This document shows, in pieces, positions 8,147-17,778 of a stretch of 58,299 nt of DNA. Position 1 is the first letter of the stretch. Every line of letters begins with the position of its first letter. The stretch is from positions 1 through 58,299 of the forward strand of contig CAAEDD010000197.1 of assembly GCA_900754515.1 (NCBI GenBank), read 5' to 3'. The DNA is from an uncultured Oscillospiraceae bacterium. Lineage in GTDB: Bacteria; Bacillota; Clostridia; Oscillospirales; Oscillospiraceae. The notes under the pieces are model-generated. The model was not told the DNA's origin. It ran no database searches and was given only the letters and a program-made list of their open reading frames with translations. The position numbers were made by a program, and so were the translations under genes.

Positions 8147-9700
8147 CTACAGCATTTTTCCTGCCTGGAAAATGCGTTTATCCATTTCACGTAGTTCCGG
8201 GGATATCTCAGGTCTGAAGTCCATACATGCAAGGATATCTTTTTCCAGGTTCACTCCCGGAGCAATCTCTGTCAGCACAAGGCCGGCATCACCCAAAGTA
8301 AACACCGCCCGCTCAGTTATATACATTACCTTCTGTCGCTTTTTACGGGCCTGCCAGCTTGAAAATGTTATCTGTTCTACGCGTTTTCGAAATTTTCTGC
8401 TCTTTCCTTCTGAGCATATTCTGAGCTTCCCATCCACGACCTCAGTCTCAAGGCCGGAAGCAGTAAAGGTACTCATAAAACAGACAACCGGGCTGCTTTG
8501 CACGATATTGATAAATCCTCCTGGACCCGTGGTGCGTTTTCCAAAGCGCGATACATTTACATTTCCCTGTTCGTCTATCTCTCCCGCGCCGAGGAAGGAC
8601 ATGTCCAGACCTCCCCCGTCATAAAAATTGAAGTTGTCTTCAAGTCTATATATTACTTGTGGATTCACCGCAGCTCCAAATCCGGGGCCGCTCACAGGTA
8701 CGCCGCCCAGGGGACCGCTCTCTACTGAAAGCAGCAGCTGTGAGAATATTCCCTCCTCGGCCGCAACTGTCGCCACAGCTTCAGGTATGCCAATACCAAG
8801 ATTTACAACATTTCCGCGCTGCAGTTCGAGCACAGCTCGTCTGCCACAAATTTTTCTGTTATTAAGCGGCATTGGCTTAAAAGCATCGGTTTCTTTGATT
8901 GCATACCCACAGAGTTCCGGCCGAAATGCCGGACAATCATAGCCCGGTGTACACTGACCGTCCAAGTCTAAAACAATAAAATCCACAAGGCTGTTGTGCA
9001 AAAGTATATCCCTTGGGGAAAGCTTTCCTTCAGCAAGCCGGTCAACCTGGGCTATTACTATACCCCCACAGGCTTTCACAGCAAGAGCCATTTCTAGCTG
9101 TTCAGCTGTCATCGGGTCATCTCTGGCTGATAGATTTCCGTCGCTGTCAGCAGTTCCTATGCGCATTATGCAGGCATCCAGGGTAGGAGTCCTGTACAGC
9201 AAATATTCCTTTCCGTCCAGCTCTGTCAGTTCTGCGACCTTGCCGCCTGACCGGGCAGCCAAATTGTTCAGAGCGCCGCCTTCCACACGCGGATCACAAA
9301 AGCTTCCAAGTCCCACAGGGCTTATAACCGCGGGCTTTCCTGAGGCCGCTGCGTGCAGGAGATCAGTAACAAGTCCCAGGGGCAGGGCAAAGGCCCGCAT
9401 TCGGTTTTCGGCTATCATTTTCCCGAAGCTGAGAGCCATACCCACATGGGCAGCCCTGACCTCGGATATCAACCCATCCATTGCCAGGATATTCATGCCC
9501 CTGCTGCCTGTTGTAAGGTCTCCTGGCAATATGCCCGAAAACACGCTGAGATTTCGCGGTCTTCCTGTTCTTTCATATCTCCGGGCTATCGCGTGAAAAA
9601 TGATGTCCGCACCAAGCCATCCGCCAAAACCGCATATGCCAACAGACATACCGTCGTGAAAAAGCTCCGCAGCCTTCTCAGCATCAATAAACTGAGCCAT
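8147..9700 (-). CDS. Family I acyl-CoA:acetate/propionate CoA-transferase (Pct/YdiF type, fused subunits)
   Basis: 517 aa, alignable from memory with C. propionicum Pct: ...SVESGPLGGVP (ESG catalytic-Glu motif), FYDGGGLD, GNVNVSRFG, GGFINI, YITERAVF. Confidence 0.85.
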   Translation of the reverse strand: MAQFIDAEKAAELFHDGMSVGICGFGGWLGADIIFHAIARRYERTGRPRNLSVFSGILPGDLTTGSRGMNILAMDGLISEVRAAHVGMALSFGKMIAENRMRAFALPLGLVTDLLHAAASGKPAVISPVGLGSFCDPRVEGGALNNLAARSGGKVAELTELDGKEYLLYRTPTLDACIMRIGTADSDGNLSARDDPMTAEQLEMALAVKACGGIVIAQVDRLAEGKLSPRDILLHNSLVDFIVLDLDGQCTPGYDCPAFRPELCGYAIKETDAFKPMPLNNRKICGRRAVLELQRGNVVNLGIGIPEAVATVAAEEGIFSQLLLSVESGPLGGVPVSGPGFGAAVNPQVIYRLEDNFNFYDGGGLDMSFLGAGEIDEQGNVNVSRFGKRTTGPGGFINIVQSSPVVCFMSTFTASGLETEVVDGKLRICSEGKSRKFRKRVEQITFSSWQARKKRQKVMYITERAVFTLGDAGLVLTEIAPGVNLEKDILACMDFRPEISPELREMDKRIFQAGKML

Positions 9701-9732
9701 AGGATTTCCCCTTTATTCCGGCATTGTTTAAA

Positions 9733-10785
9733 CTATAAAACATATACTACTAAATAGAAAATTTGAGGAAAGAGCAAAACCACACTCATCAGTCTGAACA
9801 TTTGCAGTAACGCCAGAGCCGGGCTGTTAATTCCCATATCCGCAGCTATAAAACTCATTTCTACTGCCCCTGCCGGGGCGAGAAACAGCATTGCTTCTTT
9901 AAAACGGAATTTAAATACCTTGCTTATCATATATCCGCCAAAAATACAAAGCAGAAGATATCCGGCGCAAAGTATTCCCGCCGGCAAGATTAGCTGCGGT
10001 AAATTTCTAATTTGTTCAGGCCCCACCCTTATTCCAATGCAGCAACCGCATAGAACCTGGGCAGCATTTCGAAGCCAGTCCGGCATAGCCCCTGCTTTCC
10101 CATATATATTCAGCATTGCCACCGCCAGCATGGAAAAGGATATGGTTCCTGCTGCTACACCGCTTATGCGTCCAAGGAGTCCGGCTGCACTTCCTATACA
10201 TAGAGCCGGTATGTATGGAATAAAAGCGGTTCTGTGTGTTTTTCCCATTGCTTTTAGCGCAGTGCTTTCTTCTTTTGCAACTCTTGCAGCGCCACCTTTT
10301 CCGCTCTTGTCTGCCAGGCAGATAAGCCAAGGCAAACAGCCAAGGCCAAAAATAACCCGTATGAATTGCAGTATAGTCACCGCAGCCACATCTGCGCCCA
10401 TGTCCATAGCTATAAGGGGTGCATCAGATATCCCTCCGGGCATGGCACTGAACAGGCAGCTTATCAGGCTCAGCTGCGTTAAATTACTTATAAGTAATGC
10501 CGCTCCAATGTTTAAGGCCAGAAAACCAAAAAATATCACTACAAACGGCCCTGTTATTCTTGGCAGAAGGCGCAGCTCGTCTTTTGTAATCATGCCTCCC
10601 AGATATGCACCTGAAATAATCTGTGACAGCACGCGGGCCTGAGGCCATACATTTGCCTTGCCGCTGGCAATATTCAACGCCGCCACGGCAACTACGGCCC
10701 CCAGCAGCAGTCCCGCCGGGACTCTGATTTTTTGAAACAGCAGGCCACCGAGCAACGCTGCAGCCATCGTAATCGCTATCCACAT
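9733..10785 (-). CDS. AbrB-duplication family polytopic membrane protein (putative transporter)
   Basis: About 350 aa and very hydrophobic, with two internally similar halves (GG.L...I..P.G.LLG / AAG.LG.....AG). The start is taken at the ATG at 10785, because the ORF-track start is TTG. Confidence 0.65.
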   Translation of the reverse strand: MWIAITMAAALLGGLLFQKIRVPAGLLLGAVVAVAALNIASGKANVWPQARVLSQIISGAYLGGMITKDELRLLPRITGPFVVIFFGFLALNIGAALLISNLTQLSLISCLFSAMPGGISDAPLIAMDMGADVAAVTILQFIRVIFGLGCLPWLICLADKSGKGGAARVAKEESTALKAMGKTHRTAFIPYIPALCIGSAAGLLGRISGVAAGTISFSMLAVAMLNIYGKAGAMPDWLRNAAQVLCGCCIGIRVGPEQIRNLPQLILPAGILCAGYLLLCIFGGYMISKVFKFRFKEAMLFLAPAGAVEMSFIAADMGINSPALALLQMFRLMSVVLLFPQIFYLVVYVL

Positions 10786-10949
10786 AATATCTGACCTCAA
10801 CGCGCGGTTTTCTCCATTGGGACAACTTGCTGCACAACCAAATCAGCAAAAAATCTGTTGCTTACGGCCGGTACATTCAACCGAAACGCCACATATTTTG
10901 GCAAACAGTATTTGCTGTTTTTTCCCCATGGAATTCCGTCTGTAATATT

Positions 10950-11897
10950 TTAGACCAGGTGGCATGCCACTTCATGGCCGGGAGCACATTCTTTCAGGCA
11001 AGGCGCTTGCTGATAGCAGATATCCTTCGCCATCCAGCAACGGTTTGCAAAGCGGCAACCAGGTTTTGGATTTACAGGGCTTGGCACATCTCCCTTGAGC
11101 AATATGCGCTCGGGCCTATGATGCTGATATTTTGCAATAGGTATTGCCGACAACAAAGCCTTAGTGTAGGGATGCTGAGGGTTTTTGAATAGCTCATGAG
11201 ATGGAGATACCTCCACAATCTTTCCAAGATACATAACCACGATACGGTTGCTGATATGCCTCACAACGCTGAGGTCGTGAGATACAAACAGATAGGTTAG
11301 ATGCATGGTGTCCTGAAGGTCTTGAAGAAGATTCAGAATCTGGGCTTGTATTGATACATCCAGAGACGAAACCGGCTCGTCACATACAATAAATTCCGGA
11401 TTCAGCGCAAGAGCGCGGATAATTCCTACACGCTGGCGGCGACCGCCGTCCAACTCATGGGGATAGCTGTTGTACAGCCGACGGCTCACACCGCCCTTGC
11501 TCATCAGTTCCAGGACATACTCGTTTATATTCTTGTGAGGAACTACCTTATTTATGACAAGAGGCTCGGCAATGATCTGCCCTATAGTTTTTCTGGGATC
11601 AAGGCAGGAATATGGGTCCTGAAATATCATCTGCATTTTTTTGCGCATCGCCCGCATCTGAGAAGCTCGATACTTGAGAATATCCTCACCCTCATAGAGT
11701 ACTTCCCCTTCGGTGTGGGGAGTGAGGCGTAGCAAGGTTCTGCCCACGGTAGACTTTCCGCAGCCGCTTTCACCCACAAGTCCCAGAGTTTCTCCTTTGT
11801 TGATGTAAAAGCTCACATCGTCAACCGCGTGCAGATATCCCGCAGGAACCTTAAAATACTTTTTCAGATTTTTGACTTCTATAAGCTTTTCAGGCAT
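10950..11897 (-). CDS. Oligo/dipeptide ABC transporter ATP-binding protein (OppF/DppF type)
   Basis: Walker A GESGCGKST, signature LDGGRRQR-type, Walker B FIVCDEP, and a Cys-rich C-terminal Opp-type extension. Confidence 0.9.
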   Translation of the reverse strand: MPEKLIEVKNLKKYFKVPAGYLHAVDDVSFYINKGETLGLVGESGCGKSTVGRTLLRLTPHTEGEVLYEGEDILKYRASQMRAMRKKMQMIFQDPYSCLDPRKTIGQIIAEPLVINKVVPHKNINEYVLELMSKGGVSRRLYNSYPHELDGGRRQRVGIIRALALNPEFIVCDEPVSSLDVSIQAQILNLLQDLQDTMHLTYLFVSHDLSVVRHISNRIVVMYLGKIVEVSPSHELFKNPQHPYTKALLSAIPIAKYQHHRPERILLKGDVPSPVNPKPGCRFANRCWMAKDICYQQAPCLKECAPGHEVACHLV

Positions 11898-12873
11898 TCT
11901 CTACACCCCCCGCATATAAGTGGCATCTTACGGTATGGTTATCTCCTATTTTTATCTCATCCGGCTCTTTTTGAGAACATATCTCCATAGCATAGTCACA
12001 TCTCTTGCAGAACTTGCAGCCCTCAGGCAGCCTTGTGGGATCAGGCATAGCACCCCTGATCACATAGAGCCGCTGGGAGTCCTCTGATTCAATATCTGGT
12101 ATGCATCCAAACAGTCCTTTAGTGTAGGGATGGGCAGGTTGAGTAAAGATGGATTTCAGGTCGCCGTATTCAATCACACTGCCTGCGTAGATAACCGCTA
12201 CATAATCGGCAATATCCGCCACAACTCCAAGGGCGTGGGTAATGAATATAGTGGATGTCTGATATTTCTCCTTGAGCCCCTTCATCAGATCCAGTATTTG
12301 CGCCTGGATAGTGACATCCAGGGCTGTGGTTGGCTCATCGGCAATAAGCAGGCTTGGATTGCAGGCCAAGCCCATGGCTATACATACCCGCTGTTTCATC
12401 CCGCCGGAAAATTCATGAGGATAGTTTTTCAGTCTTTCCTTGGGTATGCCCACTATCTCAAGCATCTCTCCGGCTTTTTCCATAGCCTCGCTCTTGCTGA
12501 GATTTTGGTGCTGCATAATGACTCCGGCGATCTGATGTCCGACCGTATATACCGGATTCAATGAAGTCATTGGATTCTGAAATATCATGGCGATTTTATT
12601 GCCACGGTATTCCTGCAGTTCCTTTTTACCGGCCTTGAGCAGATCTTTCCCCTCAAATAGTATCTCGCCAGAAGTAATAACTCCCGGCGGATTGGGAATC
12701 AAGCCCATAATAGCAAGAGCTGTGGTTGTTTTGCCGGCACCGGTTTCCCCCACCAGGCCTATAGTCTTGCCCTTTGGCAGTTCGAGGTTAAGGTTGTTAA
12801 TAGCTTTTACAACCCCATCAAAGGTTCTAAACTCAATGCTCAGGTTCTTGATCTGGAGCAGATTTTCGCTCAT
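11890..12873 (-). CDS. Oligo/dipeptide ABC transporter ATP-binding protein (OppD/DppD type)
   Basis: Walker [10 protein letters not shown], signature FSGGMKQR, Walker [13 protein letters not shown], and a Cys-rich C-terminus. It overlaps the OppF-type gene by 8 nt. Confidence 0.9.
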   Translation of the reverse strand: MSENLLQIKNLSIEFRTFDGVVKAINNLNLELPKGKTIGLVGETGAGKTTTALAIMGLIPNPPGVITSGEILFEGKDLLKAGKKELQEYRGNKIAMIFQNPMTSLNPVYTVGHQIAGVIMQHQNLSKSEAMEKAGEMLEIVGIPKERLKNYPHEFSGGMKQRVCIAMGLACNPSLLIADEPTTALDVTIQAQILDLMKGLKEKYQTSTIFITHALGVVADIADYVAVIYAGSVIEYGDLKSIFTQPAHPYTKGLFGCIPDIESEDSQRLYVIRGAMPDPTRLPEGCKFCKRCDYAMEICSQKEPDEIKIGDNHTVRCHLYAGGVENA

Positions 12874-12914
12874 ATAATTTCACCTACCAATTGAATAGTG
12901 AAGTCTGGAGGCGC

Positions 12915-14285
12915 TTAATCCAGATACTCATGGAAAATATTGGCCATGAGCTTTATAGCCGTCAGATATTGTTCTATACTTATGTTTTCATCTGGAGCAT
13001 GGGTGTTGGCCGTAGAGAAGGGTGCGCCCAAACCGATAATGAATACATCTCCGCCTAAATACTGGGGGAACATGCACATGGGCCCGGAACCATCCAGCAG
13101 CGGCCACACCACAGGAGCCCGACCATACACCTTGGTTGCCAGCCTGGCAGACAGTTTGACAAGCTCATGGTTCGGAGAACACTGGTATGGCTCATTATTT
13201 GCTTTTACCTTTACATCGAAGTGGCCAAATGGTGACTTTTCAATAAAATCGATCAGCTTTTCCTTGGCCTGGGCTATGCTCATTCCTTTGACCAAACGCA
13301 TGTCCAGGCGCACCCAGGCTTCGCACGGAACTATTGTCTTTCCTCGTTCTCCTGCCCATCCACCCTTTATGCCGGATATATTGCAGGTTGGAGTATAGAT
13401 GAGCCTTTTTATGACCTCAACCGGATCGTCGCTTCCTCCAAGTATTTCAGGTATGGCATACTCTTTCTTAAACTGCTCCAGATCATAGGGAATATCCCGT
13501 ATCAGATTCAGTTCCTCTTCCGAGGGAGCTTTCACATTGTCGGTATAGCCGTCTATAGTAATTTCATCCAGAGTGTTTTGCATGGAGTTAAGCAAACGTA
13601 CCAGATCCCAGATGGCATTTGGTATCAGCGGAGCATGACCAGAATGGACATCCCTTTTAGCGCGTTTACAGGAAATTTCCACTTCCATAAGTCCTTTGTT
13701 GCCAAGGTAAAATTGTGGACGTCCGCTTTCATGCACACCTCTGTCGCACAGCAGGCAAGCATCACTGCTCAGCACATCTGAGTATGTAGAAAAGAATTTT
13801 GCCAGATTAGGACTGCCAATCTCCTCTTCACCTTCAAAGAAAAACTTCAGCCCGGCAGGAATCTTGCCCGTCACATTTTTCAGCACTTCCGCCGCCTTTA
13901 TATTTGCCCAGAGATTGCCCTTGTCGTCAGTAGCCCCTCTGGCATAAATCATCCCGTCTCGTATCTCGGCTGAAAAAGGATCTGAAGTCCACCTGTCTAC
14001 CGGGTCCGGAGACTGTACATCGTAGTGACCGTAGACCACCAACTGCTTATTTGCTCTTTCTGTTTTGGAGACGCCGTATATTGCCGGAAAAGCACCTTCC
14101 AATTCCAGGATTCTGTGATCCATCCCCAGTGTTTTTAGCTCCCTGCTCAGCATATCGGTGCATTCTTCCATTCCGATATTCTCTGTGGATATGCTTGGCT
14201 GCCTCAAGAAATTCTGCAGGCTGGATACCAATTCATCGGCATGGGAATCTACATAGTCCGAAATCTGTTTCATCAATTCACTCAT
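12915..14285 (-). CDS. M20-family metallopeptidase (dipeptidase, CNDP/DUG1-like), copy 1
   Basis: VYGHYDVQSPDPVDRWTSDPF...IYARGATDDKG and FFEGEEEIGS metal-ligand blocks. Paralog of the adjacent gene. Confidence 0.85.
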   Translation of the reverse strand: MSELMKQISDYVDSHADELVSSLQNFLRQPSISTENIGMEECTDMLSRELKTLGMDHRILELEGAFPAIYGVSKTERANKQLVVYGHYDVQSPDPVDRWTSDPFSAEIRDGMIYARGATDDKGNLWANIKAAEVLKNVTGKIPAGLKFFFEGEEEIGSPNLAKFFSTYSDVLSSDACLLCDRGVHESGRPQFYLGNKGLMEVEISCKRAKRDVHSGHAPLIPNAIWDLVRLLNSMQNTLDEITIDGYTDNVKAPSEEELNLIRDIPYDLEQFKKEYAIPEILGGSDDPVEVIKRLIYTPTCNISGIKGGWAGERGKTIVPCEAWVRLDMRLVKGMSIAQAKEKLIDFIEKSPFGHFDVKVKANNEPYQCSPNHELVKLSARLATKVYGRAPVVWPLLDGSGPMCMFPQYLGGDVFIIGLGAPFSTANTHAPDENISIEQYLTAIKLMANIFHEYLD

Positions 14286-14344
14286 GGATTTTCTCCCTTC
14301 TTTGTCCTTGAATCTGCGCTCTGTTCAAGCACAGTGCCACAATG

Positions 14345-15700
14345 TCAGTTCCCGGTCTTACCCATCTCTTGAATAAGAGCAGCGGCAGTGCGTATTCCGT
14401 TATAATACCCGGAAACAGTCATACATTCATTGGGAGAGTGGTTGTTCTGGTTAAAGGGTGCAAAAGGTATAACTGCACTGGGTATCTTCAACACATCCTG
14501 AAATATATAATTGGGGCCCGCTCCACCTATATTGGGGAATATAATGGGATCCTCTCCCCAGGCCAGACGGATGGCCCTGGCCATAACAGGCACATACTCA
14601 TTATCAATGGGAGTGCGAGATGGCTTCAGTGAGCCGAAGCTGACGACCTCTGCATCCTCAAAGCCATTTTTGACAAGGTGCTTCTTTATTTTGTCAATGA
14701 TATCCTCTGGAGTCTGATCAGGTACAAGACGGAAATCAATTTTGACAGTAACCTCATTGGGAATAATTGTTTTTGATCCCGGTCCCTGATATCCGCCGTA
14801 AAGACCAGCAATGCTGCTGGATGGTTCAAAAATCAGGTTGTAGTAATAGTCATCTCCTGTACGGTTCATAAGGAAGTGGTCTATGCCAAGATCGTTCAAG
14901 ATTTCTTCCCTGTCTACAGGAATTTTCTTTATTGCTTCTTTCTCCAGTGGGAGCAATGGCCTTACCGTATCGTAAAACCCCTCTACTTTAATAAATCCAT
15001 CCTCCCCCCGGATGCTGTTCAAAAGACTGACCATCCGCCACATAGGACTTGGAATAACCCCGCCCTTCATGGAGTGAACATCACGATTCGCACCATGCAG
15101 GGTTATCTGAAGATATACCAAACCCTTGAGTCCCAATATGAGCATGGGCTTGCCCGTCTCATGTACATGGCTGTCTGACATCACGACCAAATCGCCTTTT
15201 AGCAGTTCCTTATTTTCGGAGCAAAACGGCTCCAAATTTGGACTGCCTATCTCTTCTTCTCCCTCAAAAAGATATTTAATGTTTATAGGCAGCTTTCCAT
15301 AGGTCTTAAGATAAGCCTCGACTCCCTTTACATGGGCAAAAAGCTGAGATTTATTGTCTGACACTCCGCGGGCATAAATATATCCGTCTCTTATTTCTGG
15401 CTCAAATGGGTCGCTGTCCCAGAGTTCATAGGGCTCCGGTGGCTGTACGTCATAATGGCCGTAAATTATAAGTGTCGGAAGCTGCTGGTCGGTAATAATC
15501 TCACCATAGACAACTGGATGGCGGGCAGTCGGATATATGATAGTCTTTATCCCCGCATCCTCCATCATATCCCTCAGCAGGGATGCGCATTGGGACACCC
15601 CGTCATCCTGTGCGCTTATACTTCTGCAGCGCAGGAATTTAAACAGGTCGTCCATAAACCGTTCTTCATTGTCATGAATGTATTGAAACACTCTCTCCAT
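14345..15700 (-). CDS. M20-family metallopeptidase (dipeptidase, CNDP/DUG1-like), copy 2
   Basis: IYGHYDVQPPEPYELWDSDPF...IYARGVSDNKS and LFEGEEEIGS. Confidence 0.85.
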   Translation of the reverse strand: MERVFQYIHDNEERFMDDLFKFLRCRSISAQDDGVSQCASLLRDMMEDAGIKTIIYPTARHPVVYGEIITDQQLPTLIIYGHYDVQPPEPYELWDSDPFEPEIRDGYIYARGVSDNKSQLFAHVKGVEAYLKTYGKLPINIKYLFEGEEEIGSPNLEPFCSENKELLKGDLVVMSDSHVHETGKPMLILGLKGLVYLQITLHGANRDVHSMKGGVIPSPMWRMVSLLNSIRGEDGFIKVEGFYDTVRPLLPLEKEAIKKIPVDREEILNDLGIDHFLMNRTGDDYYYNLIFEPSSSIAGLYGGYQGPGSKTIIPNEVTVKIDFRLVPDQTPEDIIDKIKKHLVKNGFEDAEVVSFGSLKPSRTPIDNEYVPVMARAIRLAWGEDPIIFPNIGGAGPNYIFQDVLKIPSAVIPFAPFNQNNHSPNECMTVSGYYNGIRTAAALIQEMGKTGN

Positions 15701-15737
15701 TTTTTACCTCCCATTGGATCCGCATCTTGTTCCGGCT

Positions 15738-16679
15738 TCAGTCTTTCATCTTCGGATCCAGCACATCTCTAAGCCCATCTCCCAGCAGGTTGAGTCCAAG
15801 AACCAGGAACAATATGGCAAGGCCGGTAATTGTAGTTACATGAGGTGCCGTCAGCAAATATTGGCGGCCGGTACTGAGCATTGCGCCCCACTCAGGCGTG
15901 GGAGGCTGGGCGCCTATGCCAAGGAATCCCAAACCCGAAGTGGTAAGAATGGCATTACCAAAGCTCAGAGTAGCAAGGATTATCATAGGTGCAACAATAT
16001 TCACCAGAATATGCTTAAAAATAATACGAATATGACCTGAGCCCAAAGCTCTGGCAGCTTCAATAAATTCACTGTTTCTGAGAGCAAGTGTCTCGCCTCT
16101 GGCTGTTCGGGCAAAGTTTGGCACTGTATATATGCCAACCGATAAAATGGCATTATCCAGATCCTGACCAAGTATGCTCACAAAGAGTATGGCCAGCAGT
16201 ATACCCGGAAAGGCCATAAGTACGTCCATAGCTCTCATCAGCAGCGCGTCAATTTTCCCTCCAAAGTATCCGGCACATATTCCTATGGGAGTACCGATAA
16301 TAAAGGCCACACCAACTGCCACAACGCCAACCCGCATAGAAATTCGTGCTCCGTAGATAATTCGGCTGAGCAGATCTCGTCCTGTCTCATCGGTACCGAG
16401 CAGATGCTCTGCGCTCGGCCCCTGGAGTTTGTTTGCCAGATCCTGCTTTGTAGGATCATAAGGAGCCAGCACATCGGCAAAAATAGCCATAAAAATATAT
16501 AGCAAAACAATAATAAGACCAAGTACAGCAATCTTTCTCTTTGTAAAGCTGTGCCACATACGTCTGAGCTGATTGGAGGCAACTACTTCATTATCATCAT
16601 CTATCTGATTATAGCCGGCATCAATGATAGTGACCTGATTGGGGTCTGGATACAACCCGGCTTTTTTTTGCTCACTCAT
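15738..16679 (-). CDS. Oligo/dipeptide ABC transporter permease (OppC/DppC type)
   Basis: Six-TM BPD permease with LGTDETGRDLLSR and the EAA-like block EFIEAARALG. Confidence 0.9.
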   Translation of the reverse strand: MSEQKKAGLYPDPNQVTIIDAGYNQIDDDNEVVASNQLRRMWHSFTKRKIAVLGLIIVLLYIFMAIFADVLAPYDPTKQDLANKLQGPSAEHLLGTDETGRDLLSRIIYGARISMRVGVVAVGVAFIIGTPIGICAGYFGGKIDALLMRAMDVLMAFPGILLAILFVSILGQDLDNAILSVGIYTVPNFARTARGETLALRNSEFIEAARALGSGHIRIIFKHILVNIVAPMIILATLSFGNAILTTSGLGFLGIGAQPPTPEWGAMLSTGRQYLLTAPHVTTITGLAILFLVLGLNLLGDGLRDVLDPKMKD

Positions 16680-16693
16680 ATCTGCTTCCTCCT

Positions 16694-17614
16694 TTAGCTC
16701 AGCTTTATGCGCGGATTAATAAATGCATACAATATGTCTACCAGCAAATTTATCAGCACAAACATGCTGGCCAGAACAAGTATGGTCGACTGTACTACGG
16801 GAAAATCTCTGGCGCGTATGGCCGTAACCACCAAACTGCCAAGTCCGGGCCAACCAAACACCTGCTCCGTGATGACAGCACCGCCCAGCAGGGAACCGAA
16901 CTGAAGTCCGGCAACGGTAACGATAGTATTCATGGAATTCTTCAGAGCTTGTCCAAAAATAACCTTACGTTCGCTAAACCCCTGAGCCCGGGCAGTCTGA
17001 ATATAGTCCTGGCTCATGACCTCCAGCATGCTGGAGCGCGTCATTCTTGCAATAGTTGCCATGCTACGTGCGCTGAGGGTTATAGCAGGCAATATTATGC
17101 CTGCAAGGGTAACACCGCCGGATATTGGCAGCCACTTGAGCATGACGCTAAATATAAGCATCAGCATCAGGCCAAGGTAAAAAGGTGGTATAGACAATCC
17201 GAACAATGCAAAGAGCATGCTGAAATTGTCAAATACGCTGTAACGTTTTGTGGCAGAAACTATGCCGATGGAAATTCCAACCACAATGGATATGAGTATT
17301 GCTGCAGCGGCCAATATCAAAGTGTTTGGCAAACGGGACATTATTTCTTCTGAAACTGGGCGATTAGTACGTATGGAAGTGCCCATATCCCCCTTTAAAA
17401 CATTGGTAATATACCGAAAATACTGTTCAGGCAAGGGCCTGTCAAAACCCTGGGCGACCCGGACGCGCTCAATGTCCGCCTCTGTTGCGGCCTCGCCGGC
17501 AATGATCTTTGCTGGGTCTCCTGGCATCAGATGAACCATCATAAACACCAAAATGGAAACTACCAGTAAGACCGGGATCATGGTTGCAAGTCTTCTGAAT
17601 ATAAATTTGACCAT
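16694..17614 (-). CDS. Oligo/dipeptide ABC transporter permease (OppB/DppB type)
   Basis: MVKFIFRRL..PGDP N-terminus and DYIQTARAQG EAA motif. Confidence 0.9.
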   Translation of the reverse strand: MVKFIFRRLATMIPVLLVVSILVFMMVHLMPGDPAKIIAGEAATEADIERVRVAQGFDRPLPEQYFRYITNVLKGDMGTSIRTNRPVSEEIMSRLPNTLILAAAAILISIVVGISIGIVSATKRYSVFDNFSMLFALFGLSIPPFYLGLMLMLIFSVMLKWLPISGGVTLAGIILPAITLSARSMATIARMTRSSMLEVMSQDYIQTARAQGFSERKVIFGQALKNSMNTIVTVAGLQFGSLLGGAVITEQVFGWPGLGSLVVTAIRARDFPVVQSTILVLASMFVLINLLVDILYAFINPRIKLS

Positions 17615-17693
17615 TTTTTCACCCCGTGATTTTTCTGTAGACGGCGGGCAGCTTCAGCCGGTTTCCCATCCGCATTCGCGCCGTTGACAAAAG

Positions 17694-17726
17694 GCGGCCT
17701 GACAAATTATGTTTTTGCCAGGCCGC
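17694..17726 (-). terminator. Possible intra-operon attenuating hairpin after the binding-protein gene
   Basis: 8-bp stem GCGGCCTG / CAGGCCGC with a 17-nt loop. On the minus strand it is followed by CTTTTGT. It lies in the 164-nt gap between the binding-protein and permease genes. Confidence 0.35.
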
Positions 17727-17778
17727 TGGAATTTCTACCTTGATTGATTATTCAATGACCTGTATTTAATGCTGCCGC

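Noticed and set aside
9920-10642. 240-aa plus-strand ORF, with similar antisense ORFs inside copA (22198-23121, 23182-23985) and the CoA-transferase (8994-9596)
   Set aside because: All are fully nested antisense to well-supported genes and show no domain signatures.
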